Shown: positions 57,152 through 64,000 of the stretch, one piece after another
How positions within the stretch are numbered: the first letter of the stretch is position 1
How the letters are laid out: every line of letters starts with the position of its first letter
Assembly: GCA_041613315.1 (NCBI GenBank)
Contig: JBFJHJ010000002.1
Location: 1 to 64,000 of the forward strand
DNA from: Gemmatimonadales bacterium
GTDB lineage: Bacteria; Gemmatimonadota; Gemmatimonadetes; Gemmatimonadales; GWC2-71-9
Direction of reading: 5' to 3'
Length of the DNA: 64,000 nucleotides
The notes under the pieces: model-generated
Databases searched by the model: none
The model's input: the letters and a program-made list of their open reading frames with translations, nothing else
Told to the model about the DNA's origin: nothing
Position numbers and translations under genes: made by a program

Positions 57152-58948
57152 TCAGTCAGTCTGGGGTGCCAGCCGCGCCAACACGTGGGCGCAGTTGATC
57201 AAGGCGATGTGGGTGAGTCCCTGTGGGAAGTTCCCCAGGAACGCCCCCGTCGCCGGGTCGATCTGCTCCGAGTAGAGGCCCACGTGATTGGCGCGGCTGA
57301 GCATGTGCTCGAAGATCCGCACACCCGCTGCGCGGTCCCCGATCATCGCCAGCGCCTGGGCGAGCCAGAAGCTGCCGATCGCGAACGCTCCCTCCTCTCC
57401 CTCCAGCCCGTCGGGGGCGCGATAGCGGTAGACGAGCATGCCGTCGGCCGCGGTGAGCTCCCGTGCGATCGCCCGCACGGTCGCGGCGACTCGGGGATCG
57501 TGCCGATCCAGAAAGTGCACCATGGGAATCACGAGCGCGGACGCGTCGAGATCGGTGGCGCCGTAGGCCCGGACGAACGCACCGCGTGCGGGGTCGAACC
57601 CGTGTTCGAGCACGTCGGCCCGGCAGAGGTCCGCCTCCCGTTGCCACCGCTCCGCGTCCCCTTCCAAAGCGTGGGCCGACGCGAGCTTCACCCCCCGATC
57701 CAGGGTCACCCAACACATCACCTTGCTGAAGACGTGATGCTGCGGCTCGTTGCGCACCTCCCATAAACCGGCATCCGGGCGACGCCAATGGTCCGCCACC
57801 CAGTCGACCAGATCCCGCAGCACGCGCCACGTCCCCTCGGTGACCTCGAATAGCCGCGACCAGGTGTACGCCGTCTCCAGCACCTCGCCGTAGACGTCCA
57901 GCTGGAGCTGGTCCACCGCACCGTTCCCCACCCGTACCGGCCGCGAGCCGCGGTAGCCGCTCAGGTGGGCGAGCTCCATCTCTGGAAGCTCCCGGCGACC
58001 GTCGATCCCGTACATGATCTGGAGGTGCGGGGCGCCGCGCCGTCGGGACACGCGGCGCACGAATGCCATGAACCGGTTCGCCTCCTCGTGGTGACCCAGC
58101 GCCTGGAGACTGTAGATCGCGAAGCAGGAGTCACGGAGCCAGAAGTAGCGGTAGTCCCAGTTTCGGCCCCCGCCGATCCACTCGGGCAGGGACGTGGTCG
58201 GGGCTGCGACCATCGCACCGGTGGGCTCGTAGCACAGGAGCTTCAGCGTGATCGCCGAGCGCTCGACGGCGTCGCGGTAGGGACCGCGGTAGCGGCTCCT
58301 CGCAGCCCATTCGGTCCAAAAACGGGACACGTCGGAGAGCGCGTCGTCGCTTGCGTAGTCATCGATCGGCCGGACGTCGTCGTCGTCATCCCGCAGGACG
58401 AGGGTCAGTGTCTGCCCGCCCGCGACGCGGTGAACGGCGCGGGCAACGCCGTCGCGCAGCTCCCAGGCAAGGGGCTCCGACGTGGCGAGCGCGACCGTCC
58501 GTTCCACCCCATCCGTGGCCACGATCCCGTGTCGGCGACGCTCGAACGCGGCGGCGCGGGTGCCGTAGGCAAACCGGGGCTCCAGCAAGACGTCGATCTG
58601 GACCATTCCCCGGGTGCACGCGATCCGCCGGTGGATCTCGGACGGGTCGCCGGGACGGCGGACCGTCGGAACGGGCATGAAGTCCGTGACCACGGCATGC
58701 CCCTCGGGTCCCGCGAAGGTGGTCTCGAGTACGGCGGTCCGCGGCACATAACGCTGGACGCCGCGATCGGCGCCAACCGACCGCACCTGGAAGCGTCCGC
58801 CCCGGCCGTCATCCAGGAGCGCGCCGAAGATGGTGGGGCTGTCGAACCGCGGCAGGCAGCACCAATCGATCGAGCCGTTCACGCCCACGAGCGCGGCCGT
58901 GCGAAGATCGCCGATCAAGCCGTAGGCGGCGATGTCCAGTGTCGTCAT
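57152..58948 (-). CDS. Glycoside hydrolase family 15 (trehalase/glucoamylase-like)
   Basis: YGLIGD..TAALV, AAPTTSLPE.IGG.RNWDYR..WLRD, QLDVYGE, GLWEVR, LGNFPQ..TH. Confidence 0.95.
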   Translation of the reverse strand: MTTLDIAAYGLIGDLRTAALVGVNGSIDWCCLPRFDSPTIFGALLDDGRGGRFQVRSVGADRGVQRYVPRTAVLETTFAGPEGHAVVTDFMPVPTVRRPGDPSEIHRRIACTRGMVQIDVLLEPRFAYGTRAAAFERRRHGIVATDGVERTVALATSEPLAWELRDGVARAVHRVAGGQTLTLVLRDDDDDVRPIDDYASDDALSDVSRFWTEWAARSRYRGPYRDAVERSAITLKLLCYEPTGAMVAAPTTSLPEWIGGGRNWDYRYFWLRDSCFAIYSLQALGHHEEANRFMAFVRRVSRRRGAPHLQIMYGIDGRRELPEMELAHLSGYRGSRPVRVGNGAVDQLQLDVYGEVLETAYTWSRLFEVTEGTWRVLRDLVDWVADHWRRPDAGLWEVRNEPQHHVFSKVMCWVTLDRGVKLASAHALEGDAERWQREADLCRADVLEHGFDPARGAFVRAYGATDLDASALVIPMVHFLDRHDPRVAATVRAIARELTAADGMLVYRYRAPDGLEGEEGAFAIGSFWLAQALAMIGDRAAGVRIFEHMLSRANHVGLYSEQIDPATGAFLGNFPQGLTHIALINCAHVLARLAPQTD

Positions 58949-59043
58949 CGGACACGCGCGCGCGCCGACCGGCGCGCGGGAAGGCTTGCGTTCAAAAGGG
59001 GCATGGCTACGTTCGTCTGACCGCCGACACGGAGTCCAAGATA

Positions 59044-59484
59044 ATGGCGCGTTGCATGGTGACGGTACTCGTCCTCGCCGCGTGTACCGCATCCCCGCCC
59101 GTCGGAGAGCTCGCCACAACCGTCCAGACGATGCTCACCGCCTCCGCCGACGCGTGGAATCGCGGCGACCTGACCGCGTTCGTCGCGGATTACGCCGACG
59201 ACTCTGCCACGAGCTTCGTCGCTGGTGGCCGCGTCCATTACGGTACGGACTGGATCCGGGATAACTATGCACCACGCTTCGCGCCGGGCGCCGCGCGGGA
59301 CTCGCTCCGCTTCGAGGCCGTGGCCGCGCGCCCGCTCGGTGGGGGGTATGCGCTCGTGACCGCGCGCTACGTGCTCTTCCAAGGCGAGGCGACGACGAGC
59401 AGCGGGCCGTTCACCCTCGTCTTGCAGCGCCGGGACCGCGGCTGGCGGATCATTCATGATCACACCTCCCGCGATCCTGAGTAG
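59044..59484 (+). CDS. NTF2-like/DUF4440 lipoprotein
   Basis: LAAC lipobox, AWNRGDL.AF..Y, GPFTLVL..WRIIHDHTS. Confidence 0.85.
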   Translation: MARCMVTVLVLAACTASPPVGELATTVQTMLTASADAWNRGDLTAFVADYADDSATSFVAGGRVHYGTDWIRDNYAPRFAPGAARDSLRFEAVAARPLGGGYALVTARYVLFQGEATTSSGPFTLVLQRRDRGWRIIHDHTSRDPE

Positions 59485-60823
59485 CCGCGGCGTCTGCGCC
59501 GCGCTACTCGCCACCCTCGTCGCCTGTGGCAGCCCCGGAGCCGGCAAGATCGCGTTTGTCGGCGGCAGCCTGTTCGACGGAACGGGCGCGCCACCCGTCT
59601 TGGACGCCGTCGTGATCGTCGCCGGCGACCGGATCGAGGCGGTGGGCCCGCCCGATCTGGTATCGGTCCCGCGGGGCGCGCAGGAGGTCCGCGTGGACGG
59701 TAAGTGGATCATCCCCGGGCTCATCGACGCCCACGTGCATGCCGAGCGCTGGATGATGAGCCGGTTTCTGGCGTATGGGGTGACGACCGTCCGGGACGCG
59801 GGCGGCGCGGCGCCGGCGATCTACCTGCTGCGGGACTCGGTCTCGCTCCGCGTCATCGCCGGCCCGACGATGTACATCTCCGGTCCCGTGATCGACGGGG
59901 CGCCCGCCACGAGGTCGGACGCGGTGGAGGTGCGGAGCGCGCGGCAAGCTCGGCGAGCGGTGGACGAGATCGTCCTCGCGAACGCCCAGCAGGCCAAGAT
60001 CTCCAGCAAGCTTACGCGCACCTTGCTGACGCCGCTCATGGACGAAGCGACCACGCTCAACACCCCGGTCATGGCGCATCTCGGCAAGGTGGACGCCGTC
60101 ACCGCGGCTCGGCTCGGCGTGCGCTCCATCGAGCATCTGACCGGCGTGGTGGAGGCGAGCGTCGCCAACCCGGGCCCGTTGATCGACGCCCACGATGACT
60201 ACTATCGTGGGTGGACGCTCGTCGGCCGCGCGTGGGCCGAGCTGGACTCCGCGGTGCTGGACCGCACGGCACGGCGCCTGGCCTCCTCCGGCATCGCCAT
60301 GGTCCCCACCTTGGTGCTGCACGAAGCGTTCAGCCGGCTCGACGACCCGGGGTACGCGCGAAGACTCGACCTGAGCGGCGTCCCGGCCGACGTGCAGCGC
60401 GCCTGGGGCGTCCCACGGCTGATCACTCGCGCCGGGCTCACCCCCGGAGTCGTCGTGGCGCTTCGCCGAGGACGCAGCAACCAGAACCGCTTCCTGCGCC
60501 TGTTCATGCGAGCGGGCGGGCTCGTGGGCGCCGGCACGGACACGCCGCAACCGCTCCTCGCCCCGGGCGCCAGCCTGCACGAGGAACTCGCGCTGCTCGT
60601 CCAAGCAGGGCTTTCGCCGGAGCAGGCGCTCCTCGCAGCCACTCGGGAGAACGCGCGGCTTCTGGGTGCCGACTCGCTTGGGGTCGTCCAGCCAGGCAAG
60701 CTGGCGGACTTCGTGGTGACCAACAGCAGCCCGCTCGCCGACATCCGGAACACCAGCGCCGTGTACATGGTGGTCTCGCGAGGCGCCATCTACCGACCGG
60801 AGGACTTGAAGCAGGGATGGTGA
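59456..60823 (+). CDS. Amidohydrolase family lipoprotein
   Basis: LVAC lipobox, IPGLIDAHVH, GVTTVRD, SIEH, AGTD, PGKLADFVV. Confidence 0.92.
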   Translation: MITPPAILSSRGVCAALLATLVACGSPGAGKIAFVGGSLFDGTGAPPVLDAVVIVAGDRIEAVGPPDLVSVPRGAQEVRVDGKWIIPGLIDAHVHAERWMMSRFLAYGVTTVRDAGGAAPAIYLLRDSVSLRVIAGPTMYISGPVIDGAPATRSDAVEVRSARQARRAVDEIVLANAQQAKISSKLTRTLLTPLMDEATTLNTPVMAHLGKVDAVTAARLGVRSIEHLTGVVEASVANPGPLIDAHDDYYRGWTLVGRAWAELDSAVLDRTARRLASSGIAMVPTLVLHEAFSRLDDPGYARRLDLSGVPADVQRAWGVPRLITRAGLTPGVVVALRRGRSNQNRFLRLFMRAGGLVGAGTDTPQPLLAPGASLHEELALLVQAGLSPEQALLAATRENARLLGADSLGVVQPGKLADFVVTNSSPLADIRNTSAVYMVVSRGAIYRPEDLKQGW

Positions 60824-60879
60824 CACCGCCTGGCGCCGACCGGTGCGGGCACGGGCGCCGGAGTCGGCGACCGCAGGAG

Positions 60880-60952
60880 CTGGGGCGGCAGGACTCGAAC
60901 CTGCAACCTCCCGGTTAACAGCCGGGCGCTCTGCCAGTTGAGCTACACCCCA
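60880..60952 (-). tRNA. tRNA-Asn(GTT), CCA not encoded
   Basis: TGGGGTGTAGCTCAACTGGCAGAGCGCCCGGCTGTTAACCGGGAGGTTGCAGGTTCGAGTCCTGCCGCCCCAG folds into a cloverleaf with anticodon GTT and a GTTCGA T-loop. Confidence 0.97.
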
Positions 60953-61187
60953 GAGCCACCCCACCCAACCCCCCGTGATGGAGCCGGACACGGACGGCGA
61001 GGAAGCGGGTCGGACCGCCGCCGGTTGGCGAGCGGGAGCCTGAATCTAGGGCCACGCGGCCCGCCCCGGCCAACCCCCGCTCCCTCGCCGCCACCTGACC
61101 CCCGCGATCGGCCGCCCCTCCCCCCCCGGCCCACCGACACTGGGGGAGGTGCGGCGGCCCGGTTCCGATGGCATCTTTAAGGGCATC

Positions 61188-62090
61188 ATGCCTGCTGTCG
61201 CTCAGACCGACGTCCGTGACGCGATCCACCGGCTCGCCGAGTTCTTCCGCGGCCGCCAGACCCGCGCGGGGCTCCTCGCGCGGCGTCTGCTGCGGCGGCC
61301 CGCACCGGACGACCTCCAGCTCGCGGACCACCTCGTTCGGGAGCGCCGGCGCAAGAGCCGCATGAACGGGAGCATCGCCGGCTCCTTGGTCCAGACGGCG
61401 TGGACCACCTGGGAGTTTCTGGAGCTGGACTGCCCGACCGATCACGCGGCCGTGGTGCGCACCCTCGGTTACGTGCTCGCCCAGCAGGACCGCCCCGGAC
61501 ACTTTGGGGAGGGCTGTGATCCGACGCGCCATGAGGCGCGACTCTGCCGTCACCACGTGAGCGGGTTTTTTTCCCCCGGATCGCAAGACGAGACCGTCGC
61601 GCCGCTCAGCTTTCCGTCGGGCGTGGTAACGGAGCGTGATCCCGACGCCCGGTTCGCCGCCAGCTGCTTCGCGCTCCGGGTCGTGCTGTGGGCGCGGGAG
61701 GACCGGCGCGAGGGGGTGCGCCGACACATAGAGAGTCTGCTCGCGATGCCGGGGCTCTGGGATGGCGCGGGCGGCCCCTGGTCGCCGGACTTGGTCTTCT
61801 TCGCGCTCGGCGCACTGGCACTCGCTCCGCTCGAGTACCGGGACCGGCTCACGGAACGGAGCGAGCAGGTGTTGGCACGGCAGGACCCGGACGGCCGCTG
61901 GGCGGGGGCATCGCTGTTCCACGCGCTCGACATGCTCTGGTCGGTTCCCGCGGCCCCGGCGCGGGAGGCGCTGCGGCGGGCCGTGCCGCTCATCTGCGGG
62001 CTGCAGCGGGAGGACGGCACGTTCGACGAGGGCGGACACGAGGAAGTGGCCATCATCGGGCTACGGGCGCTGAGCCTCGCTCAGGCGTAG
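61188..62090 (+). CDS. Hypothetical alpha-helical protein with prenyltransferase/squalene-cyclase-like repeats
   Basis: LAQQD.PG.F, LARQDPDGRW, LQREDGTF (QW-like repeats). Confidence 0.65.
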   Translation: MPAVAQTDVRDAIHRLAEFFRGRQTRAGLLARRLLRRPAPDDLQLADHLVRERRRKSRMNGSIAGSLVQTAWTTWEFLELDCPTDHAAVVRTLGYVLAQQDRPGHFGEGCDPTRHEARLCRHHVSGFFSPGSQDETVAPLSFPSGVVTERDPDARFAASCFALRVVLWAREDRREGVRRHIESLLAMPGLWDGAGGPWSPDLVFFALGALALAPLEYRDRLTERSEQVLARQDPDGRWAGASLFHALDMLWSVPAAPAREALRRAVPLICGLQREDGTFDEGGHEEVAIIGLRALSLAQA

Positions 62091-62094
62091 TGGC

Positions 62095-62796
62095 TCAGGC
62101 CGACAGCGTCGCAACGGCCAGGACCACCCACCACGCCCCGACGCCGAGGCTGGCGGCGGCCGTGACCCGGGCGAGGGCCCGCGCCAGCACGACCGACCGT
62201 GCGGCCCGCCCAACCGCGATGGCTGCCAATGCAGCGTAGCATCCCATGCCGACGATTGTCCCCACCCCGAACGCCACGAGGTAGCCGAGTGCCGCCCAGG
62301 GATTGGGAAGGAGGGTGACGGGAATGAGCGCCGCCACGGGTGCCGTCCCCGCGAGGCCATGGACGGCCCCGACGGCGGCGGCGAGGTGGCGGTGACGCCG
62401 CTCGGGATCCACGTGATGGTGCGCGTGGGGGTGGACACCGGGCGGATGCGCATGGAGGTGGGTGTGGCCGCCGTGCCGCTCCGGGTCGTGGACGTGGAGG
62501 CGGCCGGCGGCGCGCAGCGCCCAGAGACCGAGCCCGATCAGCGTGACGCCGACCGCTACCTCGGCCCAGCCGTGAGCGCTGTCGGGCAGGCGAAGGCCGG
62601 ACCAGGCCAGCAGGGCGCCGAACACCAGAACGGCGCCGGCGTGTCCGAGACCCCACCGGATGCCGAACGCCGCCGCGGCGACGACCCGAGGCCGGGCACC
62701 CACGAACGCCGTGACGGCGACCATGTGGTCCACCTCGAGCGCGTGCGACGCGCCGAGCGCAACGGCGGCCGCGTAGGCCGCAGCGAGTTCACCCAT
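62095..62796 (-). CDS. UreH/RcnA/NiCoT-like His-rich metal transporter
   Basis: HALEVDHMVAV, WGLGH, His-rich loop, GAVHGLAG, FGVGTIVGM. Confidence 0.85.
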   Translation of the reverse strand: MGELAAAYAAAVALGASHALEVDHMVAVTAFVGARPRVVAAAAFGIRWGLGHAGAVLVFGALLAWSGLRLPDSAHGWAEVAVGVTLIGLGLWALRAAGRLHVHDPERHGGHTHLHAHPPGVHPHAHHHVDPERRHRHLAAAVGAVHGLAGTAPVAALIPVTLLPNPWAALGYLVAFGVGTIVGMGCYAALAAIAVGRAARSVVLARALARVTAAASLGVGAWWVVLAVATLSA

Positions 62797-62820
62797 GGCA
62801 CTCCGAACAGGAGGACGGTG

Positions 62821-63903
62821 ATGTCGGGCACCCCGCGGGACGAGCGGGCGCGCATACGGCTCACAGCCCTGTCGCACGGCGCCGGTTGAGCCTGTAAACT
62901 CGGCCCGGCCGAGCTGGCGCAGGTCTTGCGCCACCTCCCGGCGGTGAGCGACCCGCGCGTGCTGGTCGCCGCCGCGACGCGCGACGACGCCGCAGTCTAC
63001 CGGATCTCCGACGACCGCGCCGTGGTGGCGACGGTGGACTTTTTCACGCCGATCGTGGATGACGCCTACGCGTTCGGCGCCATCGCCGCGGCGAACGCGT
63101 TCAGCGATCTGTACGCGATGGGCGCGACGCCGCTGTTTGCGCTCAATCTAGTGGGGTGGCCACGGACGCCCGCAATGTTGGCGCTGTTGCAGGACACCGT
63201 GCGGGGCAGCGTGGACGTGGCGCGTGAGGCCGGCGCGTTCATCGTGGGCGGCCACTCGATCGACGATGCCGAGCCCAAGTTCGGCTTGGTGGCCGTGGGA
63301 GAGGTCCACCCCGACCGGATCATCAGTATCGCCGGCGCGAAACCGGGTGACCGGCTGATCCTGACCAAGCCGATCGGCACCGGGATCCTGAGCACCGCGT
63401 TGAAGCGTGATCTCCTCGCGGAGGCCGACTTGGAGCCGGCGGTCCGGATCATGACGACGCTCAACGCCGGGGCGATGCGGGCGATGCGGGCGGTGGGAGA
63501 TGCGGTGCACGCGGCGACGGATGTGACGGGATTCGGGCTCGTGGGCCATCTGCGGAACATGGTCGCGGCCAGCCGTGTCGGTGCCCGGATCGTGGCCGGG
63601 AGCGTCCCCGTGCTCGAGCGGGTAGCGGCGCTCGCCGCGCGGGGCGCCGTGCCCGGCGGTTCGGAGCGTAACGCCGAAGCCGCGGGCGAGTATACGGTGT
63701 GGGGAGACGACGTGGACGCAACCATGCGTACGATCGTGTGCGACGCCCAGACGTCGGGCGGGCTGCTCATTGCGGTGGCACCGGAAGCAACCGACGCTCT
63801 GGTGCGCGCGCTGGAAGCCGAGGCAGCTCCGGCGGCGGCGGTCATCGGCGAAATCGTGGCGGACGCCGAGGGTCGCATCGAGGTGGTGGGGTCACGTGGG
63901 TAA
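62821..63903 (+). CDS. selD: Selenide, water dikinase (selenophosphate synthetase), Sec-containing; TGA 62887-62889
   Basis: AGGAGG RBS, ATG 62821, RLTALSHGAG-U-ACKLGP in frame with ORF 62926..63903 (DDAAVY, TVDFFTPIVDD, GGHS, LTKPIGTG, TDVTGFGL.GH, QTSGGLL). Confidence 0.95.
62890..62924 (+). promoter_or_regulatory. Candidate SECIS element of selD
   Basis: Upper stem CTCGGC / GCCGAG (62899-62913) and lower stem GCCTG / CAGGT directly after the TGA. Confidence 0.55.
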
Positions 63904-64000
63904 GGGACCTCTGCCGCTCGCCGTCGTCCACGCGGACGAGAGCTGCCTGGGCAACGGTCGCGACGGTAAGACTCCGGGCGGCGCGGCCTCGCTCATCGAG
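63896..64000 (+). CDS. rnhA: Ribonuclease HI, N-terminal part (runs off the window)
   Basis: GTG start overlapping the selD end; VVHADESCLGNGRDGKTPGGAASLIE resembles the RNase H D..C.GN...PGG motif. Confidence 0.75.
   Translation, partial: MGKGPLPLAVVHADESCLGNGRDGKTPGGAASLIE

Noticed and set aside
60800..61200. Genomic island or prophage integrated at tRNA-Asn
   Set aside because: No integrase and no duplicated tRNA 3' end noticed in the window; flanking genes look native.
1..64000. UGA reassigned to Trp genome-wide (TGA at apparent Trp positions in the remnants at 7317 and 13344)
   Set aside because: Many intact genes end in TGA with ATGA/GTGA overlaps and TGG is used normally. Those two TGAs sit in frameshifted, decaying fragments.

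Overview
A GC-rich (about 70% by eye) bacterial chromosomal segment, most consistent with Gemmatimonadota (RNase H N-terminus of the ADESCLGN type, stand-alone TonB-plug-like proteins, gene content). Positions 1-20 kb form an all plus-strand accessory run of small detoxification, repair and peptidase genes with several eroded gene remnants. The rest is mostly core and regulatory genes: leuS, gyrA, serA, NAD salvage, an ECF sigma module, an MCP, a DGC and Ser/Thr kinase, tRNA-Asn, selD and rnhA. The ORF track misses two UGA-recoded genes. One is selD (HGAG-U-ACK). The other is a MerB-like lyase split at an in-frame TGA that sits at the second catalytic Cys position and is followed by a SECIS-like hairpin. 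Other highlights are an UndA-like diiron enzyme 4 bp upstream of a PAS-PAS hybrid histidine kinase, and a secreted propeller/tricorn-C1-like/GGT fusion with a remodelled gamma-glutamyl pocket inside a peptide and gamma-glutamyl catabolic cluster. All family assignments come from motif recognition by eye; no searches were run.
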